In this document: positions 1 to 12,930 of the stretch, in pieces | Numbering within the stretch: position 1 is the stretch's first letter | Layout: each line of letters starts with the position of its first letter | Assembly: GCA_013265495.1 (NCBI GenBank) | Contig: MU061542.1 | Coordinates: 340,972-376,417, forward strand | DNA: 35,446 nucleotides | Origin: Vicugna vicugna | Lineage: Eukaryota | Direction: 5' to 3' | Notes under the pieces: model-generated | Databases searched by the model: none | What the model was told of the DNA's origin: nothing | The model's input: only the letters and a program-made list of their open reading frames with translations | Made by a program: the position numbers and the translations under genes

Positions 1-321
1 GGTTAAAATTTTATTTCAGATATTGAACTCTTGTACCTTAGAATTTTAATTTGATTGTTTTTAAATTTCTTATCTCCTTATTGACATTCTGCACTTGATG
101 AGACAATAATATTATGTCATTATTTATTTATTTAGGCATGGTTTCCTTTAGTTCTTTGAACACAATTACAGCAACTTTTTTGAAGATTTTATCTGCTAAG
201 TCTGATATCTGGTCTCTCCCAGATTCATTTTTTGGTCCCTGTTTTTGCTCTGTCATATATAGGCCACATTTTTCTTCCTTCCTTCCTTCCTTCCTTCCTT
301 CCTTCCTTCCTTCCTTCCTTC

Positions 322-384
<63 letters not shown>

Positions 385-1790
385 TTTTTCTTTCTTTCTT
401 TCTTTCTTTCTATCTTTCTTTCTTTTTGCTTATGTCAAAATTTTTTTGTTATTGTTGGAAACTACACATTTTGGATGATTCATTGTGGCAATTTTAGATC
501 CTGATTTTCCCCTTTAACCCCTTTCTAGCCTTTGTATTTAATTTCATCTTCTTATGTGCTTCTTTTGTGACTTGCATTGGAGTATCTTAATAATGTTTAT
601 CTTTTTCCTGCAATGTAAAACCTCTGCTATCATTCTTTGAAGGATGCAGCCTTGGGTATGAGCACCGTCACCCTGGGATGATAGTTTCTACAGGGCTGTC
701 TTAGATTATCTCTTTCCCTGATTTCTCTGTTAACCTGTTTGCCTGTTTGGTATTATATCTAAGTGGTTAGGCTCCACTAACTGCTAGCTGATTGCTCTAT
801 TGTTTTTGATAATTCCTTGTAGGGTACATTGCTTTGCAGTTTCAACTAACTTTTTACTCCTTTGAAAGAGTAGTTTTTGAAGCTAGTTTTTGAGGTTTGT
901 TCTGATCACAAGAATGATCTTTATAACTTACCTTTCTCTGGTTCTTTCTTTTTACATTGTGGTCTACTTTGTCTTATTGTTTTCATGAACATTCTAGACT
1001 CCTTTCAATTGCTTACCACCAAAACCTCTATTATTTTGAAAATGTCCTGGAATTTCCTTACATGTTGTTCCAAGTAAAACCAGTTTCTAAGGAGAGAACT
1101 GTGAAGCTGCCTAATGGCCAACCTTACCCACTAGGTAAAATACCTGAACCATTTTTCAAAAGCTTGGAGTAGATACAGTGACCCAGTTTTTCCAGAGTGA
1201 CACATTTACTTTATGAGCAAAGAATTTGTTTGGAAACTCAGCATCTGTTCTTCTCAGCTTGCTTCTTTCAGTATGGAACATCTACCCTATGAACAAGCAG
1301 AGTGAGGGCTGTTTGGCCTCATCATTCTCTTCATTCTATGCCTCAGTTCAGATTCCACCCTCTAAGTGGTGGCTGGGTTGGGGAAGGAAGTCTTTTATCT
1401 CTTGAGTCCATTCACCTGGAATTTAACCTCTGCTACATGCTGCTGGGATGAATGGAAAGTGCTGGTGGTTTGGCCCTCCTGGAGCAGTACTGTAGCCCTT
1501 TGATGACATCTAGGAGATGGTGATTTTTGTCATCTTAGCCCTTCATCCAGAGTGGTGCTTTCATCACGTTGTGGTGGACTGGGGAGGGATTGGTTCATTT
1601 CTGAAATACCACATAGTTTTGATGTTCTTATCAAGATTTAGTGAATTTTCTTGACTGAGTAGGTTTTCATATGTTCTGTGCACTTAAACAATTTCCAACA
1701 ACTTAAAAAATTCAGTGATTTTTTTTACTTGTTATTGTTTTTCAATAGGGAGGGAATCCATGGAGCATCTCACACCATTGTGGAATTAGT
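1..1790 (-). mobile_element. Ancient L1 (L1M-type) 5'UTR/ORF1 relic, antisense, running off the window's left edge
   Basis: T-rich antisense ORF1-like text (e.g. gtttcctttagttctttgaaca...ttttatctgctaagtctgatatctgg) grading into a GC-richer 5'UTR-like segment ending near 1790. Recognised by resemblance only; boundaries approximate. Confidence 0.6.
271..423 (+). repeat. Compound microsatellite (TTCC)n(TTTC)n
   Basis: Directly visible; explains the LPSF/LSFF low-complexity ORFs at 114-504. Confidence 0.97.
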
Positions 1791-1996
1791 CTCCCTTCCT
1801 TGTTGTACTTTACAGATTATTGGACTATTCATAATGGCTTGGTTATTTAGACTGCAGTTTGGAAGACAACAGACTGAAAGATTGAAAATTATGCTTTTAA
1901 TGGCTGTAAACTTTGGAAATACACTGGAAATAAGCTTCTACTATTGACCAAAATTGAGGATAATCATGAAGATTCTAACAAGTGACTTGTGATACC

Positions 1997-2031
1997 ACCT
2001 ATAGTCAAATTACTTACCTATAGTCAAATTA
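1997..2031 (+). repeat. Short tandem duplication of a 16-mer (acctatagtcaaatta), period 19
   Basis: Identical copies at 1997-2012 and 2016-2031. Confidence 0.9.
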
Positions 2032-5000
2032 TTAATCAGCTTGGATTATCATCACTTACACCTGCTTCTGTTATCTTGCAAGATATTGCAACATATCTAC
2101 CATGAAAAACTGGGCACAAATAAAGCATTCCATGTTTATAATATAAAAGCTACCACTGTATGCCAAACTTTTGCCTCCTGCTCAAAATTGATCTGCTTTG
2201 TTCATAGTGAAGAAAGCCACATTGTGCAGGAATTTGCACCCACTTACTCCTGGCCTACTGACTTATTTAATACCCCTATACATTTACTGTGGTGCTTGAG
2301 TATTGTTGACATATGTTATAGATGTAAAGTTTTACTGGAAGTCCTGTCAGTTGACTTTAGTTACATAATTGTGTTCCTTGGAACTTATATCATATTTTCA
2401 ATTTTCCAGAACATTTTCATTCTGATAATGGTGTACCTTTATCAAAACAGTCACTCAACAATAGACTGGTAGTCAAGGTATTTGATGGGCCTCCACAGTC
2501 CTTACCATCATTCATTCTCTAGTCTTATTCACCATTAAGACTGCCTTCTCAGATGTCAATACTAAAAGATTTCTGACCCTTCCTTCCTGACTTTCTTTTG
2601 GTCTAAAACTTCATCAAACTAGTTTGGTCTTTGGCCCAAGCAAGTGATCCTCTCATCTCTTAGCCACTTCTTGGGAAGCAGAGGGAAAGAGGAAAAGGAT
2701 TCTATGTAACTATATTTTTTAATATTTAGGATTCTACCTTTACCATTTTTAGACATGATGTTGTTTTCCCTCCTTAACAGAACACCCAGATCATTTTGGT
2801 TCTGCTACCCCAAAATAACAGCACAAACAAAAGGGGCCTAGAGCATTTGGTCTTAATTTTGGTTCATTCAGTCATCTAGATTCTCTTGTATGAATAATAT
2901 GATTCCAAATATTAAAAAATAATGCTTGAGTGGTTAGATGAGTATAGAGTTTACCAAGTCAATACTAAACTAGCTAAAATGTGCCAAGGCTGAGTAAATA
3001 ATGGATATTTGTAAGTTTTTGAAAATGATATTTGTCCCCTTTGTATTCAGCTCTTCCAGATGACAGATTTGAATGTAAATGTGTGATCACTGGAAAAATT
3101 AAATTATAGTTACTGGAATAGAACACATTATATTTATTGTGGGTGAAGGAGAATAATAATTTAGGCATCTGTGGAAAGAATATCTTAGAAACTGAGAGAG
3201 ATGGGAGAAAAAGGGACATTTACAGTCTTTAATATCTGTTTCTTAAGCTCTTTCTTGAAGGGAAAGGCCCTGATGAAGCTCTCCATAACTTACAAACACA
3301 TTAGTTTTATCTGAATTTGGGGTCTGACATCTTTTGGCAAATAGCTCTCATTATTATTTGATGATCATATCTCTTAATTTATCAAGAAGCTATTTGGGAA
3401 TATCAAAGGGATGCCCCAGAAACTGTCCCGTTCTAACAAAACACCTGTTAGTGCCTGCAGATGACTTTTGCCTACAAATTCCACAACCATTTCTTATTCA
3501 TTCTATTCAACAGATGAATGCTAACTTGATGATGGAGTGGACAAATAGGACAATTTTGAATGACTGTCTTCAAGGAAGTCTCTGCAAAATTATGACTAGA
3601 CTCAATTATTCAAACTGAACTAGGTATTGAGAGGCTACTGAAAGGCTGGCTAGTAGAGAACATTAGAATAACTAATTGATGTAGGTTCCACTTAAGGGAC
3701 CTTAACAATTATCATCAACACATTCTTCCTAGGAGCCGTGCCAAATTTTGTCCCTGGTCCATGAATCTCCTGTCTTATACACAACAACTGAGAGATTTTG
3801 GTGGGCAAAATTTTTAGGATACAAGTAGTATAAAACCTCAGACCTTACACATTTTATCATGGATTTAAAAAGTATTTTAGCCAAATCATTGAAATTATAT
3901 TAAATCAAAATTAGGTGCAGACACCATTTAGAATATTTCAATAAAAGGAAACATTTTAATGAAAATTATAATATATTAAAATTCATATTTTTTCTCAAGT
4001 CAATTTTATTTATATTAAAAACTGAAGACAATGTGTTTTCTTTAAAGACATAAAATCATTTGAATTATTCACAGATTATAAAATCATTTACTTCAGGATT
4101 TTAAAACTATATATAGGGCGTTATCATTGCTCAAAATAAAAGAAAGTAAGAAATAAAGACTAGAATGCTTAGAGTGCCTATTCTTAAATGCTTTCATGAG
4201 AATATATTTACATATTCATCTGAACTAGTTCTATATTTTATGAAATAGAGTCTTCCCAGGTTTACAGGTTTTGTAACACATTTTGCATTATTTTATTTAA
4301 TATTCTTTCACATAATATAAATTTAACATTTAGATATAAAATTAATAAAAGTCCAAGTTGCACATATGGTGACATTCAATTCTTCTTTATTTTACAAAAT
4401 AAATGCCAACATTTGACTTTTATAGTTGCAAGATAAATAAGATAAGCATATTTTCTATTTTGTATTCTTAGAGGTATTTCACTGAAGGCCACTTAAACAG
4501 TTGTCTCATCAAGCATGAAAGGAGGTACCTGCAAAGACTTATAACATGATTTTCAATTCCCAAAGGCAATATTTTAAGCGATATGTTATTGTAGTCAATA
4601 TGTTATAATGCTATAAAGCTGATGGAAATAAATCTCCAAATAAACAATTTAGTCTGTACAAGTTTAGGAGTGAGCAAACTTTTTTTTGTCTTTTACAAAT
4701 ATTTGAACATTGGGGTAAAATAGCTGTTATACTCCATACTAAGTCTACTTTGTATTTAATCTTTAGTCAAAATTCCTTTTTTTACTGAATGGGCAACATT
4801 TAATTGTAGTTCACATCTGATTACTGCCTGACAAATCATAATAAATCAAATCGTAATATCAGTTTGAACATTTTATCAGAGCTGACTAGCCAGGTTAACT
4901 GTGACTCATTAATAGGTATGGACATGAAAAAGCAACCTTATTTTGGAAGATTTTAATACATATATTTGATTAGTCATGGTGTTTTTACGGTATAAACAAG

Positions 5001-6620
5001 GATATTTCAATATCAAAATGGAAAAAATTTGATTAAATTTTTATTAGAACTCTTTGAAGGGAAAAACAGCTTACTATGTAATAGTTTCCTGTAAGTTTTT
5101 AAAAATAATTTTTGAGATAAATTCTTTCAATATTTTATTCATTGATTATTTTATTTAAGATTAATATATTTTGTAAAGTTGAGGAAATTAATGAAAGAAA
5201 GATTAAATATCCAAACAAACCCAAGCACTAACAACTGATGGGATGATAAATGTATGATTTCAGCCTAAATAGTGATACTTAAGTAAACTGTATTATATGC
5301 CTCTTACAGACACAGCTATAAAGAAAGAATTCACTACACTAAAAATATATAAGCCAAATTATCATAATAACAATATAAAGCACTGTTTAAAAAAAAAAGA
5401 AAGCAGTGTTTAGTAGTAATACAATTTTCTCTCATGACATTAAGAGAATGCAATTTGGATTGCTCTTAAAAGGTTTCTTTTCAAAGTTAAAATAAAAATT
5501 TATAGAAGACAAGTGAAAGATGATAATTTATGGATTTTTTCACTAAGTTTCTAATGATTTTGAATTGTTTTCTCATATAAATTCAAGTTTAACATATCAG
5601 AATCTTTAGATAGAAAAGAATAATTTTAAATATAACTAAACTATTACAAGCATGAACTGCCTACATGTAAAGATTGACATCACACATACTGTTAAAAGAG
5701 TTACCATCACTTGGTGTCACTTAAGATCATTTTAAGTGAGAATTAAAAACTATTTTCAACTATAATTGCCTTTTTGCATCCAGAATATCTACAGTCAAGA
5801 ATGAAGTTTCCAAAGTTATTGTTCCAAGACCCCAGATAATTGAAGTTGCTATTGAAAGAAATTTAGTCCTTCCATTTTTAAGAAGATAATTTTGCTAGAT
5901 TCTTCTCCATAATTCTGGAAATTTCCTTGGTAATGAAATCTGTAGCAATATGGCTTGAGTTATGCTATGTAGTTACTACCTCATGGTCTTCAGTAATTCA
6001 ATAGATTTCACAAAGAAAGATTTGTGCTCTTTGAATGGCATAGACTAATTTTCTGAAGAGTTTAAATAGCAAATAAATAGTCACATTTCTTGAGGGATCA
6101 TGCAATAAGTATGTACACCTATGTGTGCAAATGATGATATCATTGTTTTACATTGTAAACATTTAATTTCTCATACAAAAATGGTAATTGTGTTATTTTA
6201 TATATTAATATAGTCTTCTAAAAATCAATTTTGAAAGGATTGATGCTCATAAAAATGTACGAGACACGCTGTATACTTAAAATGTGTAAATTTCTTGAAG
6301 TGTATTTTATCTTATATATCATAAAATTCACTCATTTAATTCAACATCCCATAACTTGAATAATTATGTTCAACCACTATTTCTCTGCCCTGCCCTCAAC
6401 CTAGGCAACCCCTATTTGTACTTCTTTGTCTAACTTTTTATTTTGAGATAATCTTAGATTTACAGAGACGTTTTCAAATTAAGAGATTAATGTTGGTTAA
6501 CTAGCATTATTAACAACTACAGAGTTTTTATTTGGATTTCACTGCTAATACTAAGTTTATGTTCTAAGAGTCAATCCAGAATTAGTGTATTTCCCACATT
6601 TCTGTGATTTCTCATGTTTC

Positions 6621-7635
6621 TGTCTGTGATAGAGACTAATGTTCACTTCCACCCTCATCCTGCCCACCTCGCCCCTTGTGTGTCCATGCCCGAATCCCTA
6701 GTACCTATGAAGACATCACATCATGTGACAAAAGGGATGATTGACTATAGAGGCCTTGAAATGGAGAAATTATTATTGATTTTCCCAAGTGGGCACACTT
6801 TTATCATTACCTAGTCCAAACTTGCTCTGCTCGCCACACAACAGGCCAATAAATCGGGAGATGAGGTGTTGGGGCAAGGAATAGCGACTTTATTTGGAAA
6901 GCTAGCAGACTGAGAGGATGGCAGTCTAATGTGTCGGAGAACCATACTACTACAGTCAGAATACAGGCTACTTTTATAAAAACAAAACAAAAGAACTGGG
7001 GAGGGGGTAAGCTGGTTGTTGCAAACTTTTTGCTATAGGAATTCTTTGTTCTAGCGGCCATCCATGTGGGTCAGGCCACGGTGTCCCTGTAAATCTTCAA
7101 CAAAACAAAGATTATTCTCTGTTTTGCAACTTGCCATCTCTACATAAGTGCAGAAGTGCTGACATCCTTAAAGGTCAGAGCCCCAAGAATAGGCTCTCCT
7201 GTATATTTCAGGCTAAAGTCAGCATTATTTTACAAAAGATGCAGAGCTATCAAGACTAAGCCTAGAAAACAGGCCAAATGGTTAAGACTAAGGAACAGAT
7301 TCAATACAGTCAGATATGATCCCCTCTATACTTTATCACATGAGTTCCTTAGAAGCAGAGAACCAGAACCATTTATGGCTGTAGTAAGAAAGAGATGTGA
7401 ATATAGAAGGAAGGTTATAAAGATGGTCTGTTGCTGCCTTTGATGATAAGAAAATGGGCCAAAGCTAAAATATTCAGTGACCTCTAGAAAAGAATTCAGC
7501 CCTACCCACACCTTATTTTAGCCCAGTGAAAATCATTTTGAACTTTTGGTCTATGGAACAGTAAAGTCATTTGTGTTATTTTAAACTATTAAATTTGTGG
7601 TAGTTTGTTACAGCAGCAATAGAAATCTAATTACA
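6621..7635 (+). mobile_element. MaLR solo LTR (MLT1-type), split by a younger LTR
   Basis: TG...CA termini; typical MLT1 end (aaatttgtggtagtttgttacagcagcaatagaaatctaattaca); near-match 5-bp flanks gtttc (6616-6620) and gtttt (7636-7640). Confidence 0.8.
6807..7331 (-). mobile_element. ERV solo LTR (ERV1/MER41-like) inserted into the MLT1 LTR
   Basis: ~525 bp flanked by direct repeat tttatca (6800-6806, 7332-7338); its left end (acaggccaataaatcgggagatgaggtgttggggcaagga) is the reverse-complement homologue of the LTR end at ~35120-35195. Confidence 0.8.
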
Positions 7636-9157
7636 GTTTTCTCTAATCTGTTACAGCCTTTCAATATTTCATTTTATTTTATAACCTTGACATTTTTTAC
7701 AAGAGAAGTCCAGTTAGTTATACAATGTTTCTCAACTTTGATTTGTCTGGTATTTTTTTTTCTTGTAATGAGATTGGGAAGGATGCTACAAAAGTGATAT
7801 GCTACTCTAAGGAAATAAATCTGGAATTACATGGTGCCCATATGTATCATTTGTGATATTAAACTTGAACATGTTTTTAAGATGGTGTATTGTGTCTGCT
7901 AGAATTCTACACTGTAAATGTATTTTTTTGTTTATAATATAGTTTATAATTCTCTCTTTGAAAGTAGACATACATCATATATCCCATTTTAGTTTAAACT
8001 CTTGTCCACTAATTTATTTATTGATGTGTCTAGCCTGTGGCAATTATTCTGTGGTATTCTGCTGCTGATTTTCTAGCCATCAATCTTTCTACATTTTTAA
8101 TGGGAACTCTTTTTTAAGGAGGAATATCCCTTTCCTTCTTTCCGTCGTTCTTTGTTCCTTCCTCCCCTCCTTCCTTCTTTCTTTCTTTCTCTTTCTCTCA
8201 GTATGGACTTGTAGATGTTTATTTTATTTTGGGCATTATAATACAATACTATCATTATTTATTGTCTTATTCATGGTGCTATTTCAATGTTGGCTATGAG
8301 AAGTTCTTTTAGGTTATTTCCCAATGCCATTTTGACATTCCCCTTTCTATTTATCCTCCTGTTCTAGGGTTGAAATCAGAAAATTCCACAGAGAACTCTA
8401 GCTCCTTTTTCTGGTAAATAGGAACGTTCTGGGCATTAGGTATGCTAGTTGCTACTGGGATGTAACTGCTGGATTTGAACTATGGAAGGGAAAAATATTG
8501 TTTGGTGAGTTTCGCTGTTACTGATCCCACAATGAGTTTTAGGTTAAATAAGCAATTTACATAGCATTTTATTAATAAAATCAAGTTGAATTTTGTTCAG
8601 TCTTTAATCATTTATTTTTATACTTCTGTCATTATGAAATTTAAATCAGAAGCCACAATGTTCATTGTGATTATTACTTTCATTGTGCAAAATGAGCACA
8701 ATGCCATAAAATGGTTATTCAAGAAAATAATCATTATTGCAAATCATTATTAATAATTAAATTTTGGAATAAGATTAAATTAAGCATGGAAAATCTAATA
8801 TAAAAGAGGAGTAGGATACAATAAAAGTAAAATTAAATATGGAAAATTATTCCAAATGAATGTGATATGTCATTTTACTTTAGGAATTTAATTCTGACCA
8901 ATCTATTTTCACCATCAGTCTTAGGGGAAGCCATAAAACAACTGCTTATGTGCTTGGATCTGTACTAGGGGCTTCAGCAATTATACTTATTGCATCAAAA
9001 GTGTTCATGGTTGTGGTTAGGATTTGAGATTCTAAAATATACCTTGACTTGGGGAAAACCTTGACATTGAAGTAAAAAGTATTATAGGGACAACATAATC
9101 TTAAAATACATTATCTACCTGAAAGTTAAACTTTACTTACAGTTAAGAATATAAAAG

Positions 9158-9362
9158 ATGGGATTTCAAAATTGTAGAATAAACAAACAAGATTATACTG
9201 TATATCACAGGGAAATATACACAAGATCTATGGTAGCTCACAGAGAAAAAAATGTGACAATGAATATATATATGTTCATGTATAACTGAAAAATTGTGCT
9301 CTACACTGGAATTTGACACAACATTGTAAAATGATTATAAATCAATAAAAAATGTTTAAAAA
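9158..9362 (+). mobile_element. 5'-truncated young L1 (3'UTR end only) with perfect 13-bp TSD
   Basis: Closely matches 25438-25642; TSD aagaatataaaag at 9145-9157 and 9363-9375; TT/AAGA endonuclease-type site; AATAAA followed by an A tail. Confidence 0.95.
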
Positions 9363-10689
9363 AAGAATATAAAAGTTAATTGTGTAGGATTGATTCCTGT
9401 TACACTTAACTTGAGACACGTTTGAGAGGAATTGTGATTTCAGTCTTGGAGCTCTAAAATTTAGGAAAAAATTTCCCAAATGTTTTGCTTTTCTTTTACA
9501 AGTTATGTAATACAGATATACTGATAATGCATTAAAACAATTTGTGAAATTAAACTTTTTATATATTTGTCATATACCACTTTTTAGGGGACGATTAATT
9601 TTTAACTTCTTCTGGGAATAAAAGCTCTTTATCTTATTTCCTTATTTATTTTGAGAATTGAGGGCTGAAATTTTACACATAAATGCATTATCTTCAAATA
9701 ACAATAATTCCAATATCATTTAAATACTATAAATTTTTTTGCTGAAAATTATTTAGGTAAATAAGTTGCCTCTCCTTATTTTTAGTCTGTAGTAGTTAAT
9801 TGCTTTAAATTAATTACTCAAATCTGATGTAGAATTAGAATGAGCTAGATAAGTAAATTTTTTCATTGTCTCCCTAGAAAGATCAAAAATATCTAAGTGA
9901 GAACCTAAGGAAGTCTATGAATCAAGCACCTGGACTTTGGTTCTTAATCCTCATAATATCTAATTTGGCAGCTCAGAGAAATTATTTGTTTCATGTTTCT
10001 TGTTTTCCCTGAAATGAACCCTTTCATGCTTCAATGGGTTCTCCTAATACTAATCTACTTTTGCTTGGATAAATATACCATGCTCATCTTACCCATATCT
10101 TCCATTCATTTATTAAAGACTCAGCATTCATACTTACAATAGGATTACTTATATTAGACAAAACAGTTCTAATACTTTCAGTCTCTCAAAACTCAGTTAA
10201 ACATTTCTCTGCTACCCTACACGTGTGTCCATAAAGCTACCATCCACAGAGTGGGTACAATTCCTGACTCCAGGATAAGAGAAAATATGTGTTCTCCAAG
10301 CACATCATGTCAGATTATCATTCTGCATATACTCCTTTCAAAAGTTTAAATAACAGTCTTCAAAATTTTTCTCAGATTAATGTTCTAATAAAGAAATGAA
10401 ATATTCTTCAAGGGATTAAATCATTTGCACTTAACATGAAGACTTTTTGTTTTATTAGAGGGAAGCTCTGCTGGAGTCCCTCACTCTTTCTTAATCTGTT
10501 TTATTCTGGCAATTGCCAGGAACTATGCTCTGTACAAGGCACCTACATATTTCTCATTTAACTCTCATTTCCCCCATTCGAAGCTCATCTAACACTTTGT
10601 TAATGACATACACAACTTCATTGAATATTAATTTTTCAAAGAAAAAGAATGTAATAGATATGAGTTAATTTGCTATAGTTTGATTCCCA

Positions 10690-10860
10690 GGATCAAGTCT
10701 TGGCTCTTCTATCTACAAGTTATGTGACCCTGGGAAAGTCACAACCTCTCTGCCCTGAGTTTCCTCATTTTCTGAATCCATCAAACAGTATCTATAGTTG
10801 TTTTGAAGAATAAAATATTTAATATAGGTAAAGTATTAGTACATTATAATAAGTTAGTTA
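10690..10860 (+). mobile_element. MIR SINE relic
   Basis: Core-like tatgtgaccctgggaaagtcacaacctctctgccctgagtttcctcat. Confidence 0.75.
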
Positions 10861-11625
10861 ATATAGGTAAAGTATTAATCATTAGTGTATTCAAATTAGT
10901 TTGATGCTTTTAAGAAAGTATGAATACATTTATGTGTTATATATATGCTTATGAATATTTAATGCATATTATAAATAGTGTATGTTTACAAAATACAACT
11001 TTATATATTTTATAAGTATGTAGATAAATTACTATGTTTACAAATAAATATAAAGGACTTATATTTACACTTACATTTATATACTTATAATATTTATATT
11101 TTTATATTTATAAAGGAAATCTAGTATTTTATAATAAAATAGATAATAAATATAAAGTATTAATCATTATTATATGTTAGTTATTTTGCTATTTCATTAC
11201 TAGGAAAACTTCTATGTGATCTGGAAACTTCAAAGTTTCATTGCAGTATAATTTTTACATTACTGAGAAAGTGTCAGTAACAGATCTTTCAGAGAATGGG
11301 ACAAAGGGAAAATAATGTTGTATATTTGATTTACATGTAATGATAATTTATAAATTTCTTTTCATTCCATATTTATACCCTAAATTAATTTCTCATTCAT
11401 TGAACTACAGTGCCAGTAATTTCAGTGACTGTATTCTTACTTTGTAGAACTTTGTAGAATATTTTGCATGCAGAATATTACTTTTTGGAGAATTTGAATA
11501 AACTAAAATATTGACTGATTATATTTTATCTACATGTTTCTTATCACCTCAAAACAAAAACTTATAAAATTATCATTGTCAAAGTTACTTTTATTGAGTG
11601 TCTGCTGTATACTCCTCAGAAAATC

Positions 11626-11757
11626 TTTTTTTTCTTTTTTTTCTAGAACTAATTTTTTTTGAGTTATACTCAGTTTACAATATTGTGTCAATTTCCAGTG
11701 CAGAGCACAATTTTCCAGTTATATATGGACATACTTATATTCATTGTTGCATTCTTT
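11626..11757 (-). mobile_element. 5'-truncated L1 3' end, antisense, same lineage as the full-length copy
   Basis: Poly-T tract, then tttacaatattgtgtcaatttccagtgcagagcacaattttccagttata, the reverse complement of the family 3' end (cf. 9280-9330). TSD unclear. Confidence 0.88.
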
Positions 11758-12239
11758 CTTAAAGCTGGTATATAAAGTACAGATTAAAAACAACAACAAA
11801 AACAGCAACTGAATTTTAAGCTGTCAGGGCATTTTCCCAAACTTGGAGAAATACTAGGGTCCAGCTATGGTATAAACCCATATCTGCTCTCAAGCCAGCA
11901 TCTTGTCTCTGTGCTGAGTTTCTTCACAAAGCAAAATTATGCTTCAGTAGATAAAGATAGCTTCATTGGATGAAGTTATAAATGGCATAGGAAAGGCAAA
12001 TTGCTTTATACAAGAAGCTGCTGATTTCACCACAAAGTGTATGGACTGGGTTCTAATTCTGTCATATTTCCATGAAAGAATCCAACTGAGTCAAGTTTGT
12101 TTCTCTAACTAAAATTATGGAGCCATAAAAAGTGTGTGTGTATACAAGAGGACAAAAAGATTTAAAAACTTTTGAGGATATACTAAAATGTTTTAAAATT
12201 ATGTTTTGGTCTGTGAAATTAATTATAATTTAGGTCAAG

Positions 12240-12350
12240 CTCTTTATTTTACAGATAAAGTAAAATAAAACCATAACATTTAATAAATAAGTTGTCCAAG
12301 GTCACATGACTAATTTGCTCAAATTCTGGGTAAGAATTCACTTTCCCTGA
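12240..12350 (-). mobile_element. MIR fragment
   Basis: tattttacagataaag...ttgtccaaggtcaca resembles the antisense MIR core. Confidence 0.6.
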
Positions 12351-12779
12351 CTTTAAATTTTTATTAAAACCTAGAGATATATGTTAAATAAATAAATGTA
12401 TAAGCAAATATCCAAATACTTATAAAATATACAGGAAATCATGTTATCAATTTGACCTAAAAATTACTGTGCCAGTTCCTGTAAGTGCAGCAAGTAATAA
12501 TTATTATATAGTATCTATTCTCATCTTTTCACAGCCAAGAAATACTTTCTTTGAAGAGGAGTTAGATATTTTATGTCTCATTTATTGAATAAGAGTTATT
12601 TAATAAGCAGAAGTTCATGGGAAATTAAGACATTTTTTCCTAGTTACTCCAAAGCGAAATTCCTGCAAAAATTGCATATACTGAATAAATTCTATTAACT
12701 ATAATTTGATATTGACCATGAGGGTTTAGAGATCTAACATAACTGGAATCTTATTAAATGCAGAAACTGTATTAAGAGA

Positions 12780-12930
12780 TGCTTCTACAATTTGCAAACT
12801 GTGTGACCTTAATTAAGTTATGTAAATTCTCTGTGCCCCATCATTCATCTGTAACATGAGAATGATAGTAGTAGAAAAGCCGATTTTAAGGATTAAAAAG
12901 TTAGTTCATGTAAAGCACTCATAAAATACT
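12780..12930 (+). mobile_element. MIR fragment
   Basis: ctgtgtgacctt...ctctgtgcc...catctgtaacatgagaatgata...catgtaaagcact. Confidence 0.7.

Larger units (their letters stand above)
6290..8470 (-). mobile_element. Ancient L1 3'-region relic(s) (L1MC/L1ME-like), interrupted by LTR insertions at 6621-7635
   Basis: Antisense old-L1 3' motifs such as ttttattttgagataatcttagatttacaga and taaccttgacatttttt...gatttgtctgg on both sides of the LTR block. Confidence 0.6.

Noticed and set aside
114..504. 127-aa and 90-aa ORFs
   Set aside because: Open only because of the (TTCC)n(TTTC)n microsatellite.
2041..2472. 143-aa ORF
   Set aside because: TTG start, no recognisable domain, no convincing splice sites.
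3334..3630. 94-aa ORF with an acceptor-like site at ~3513 and a weak donor at ~3624
   Set aside because: Stop before the donor and no recognisable protein.
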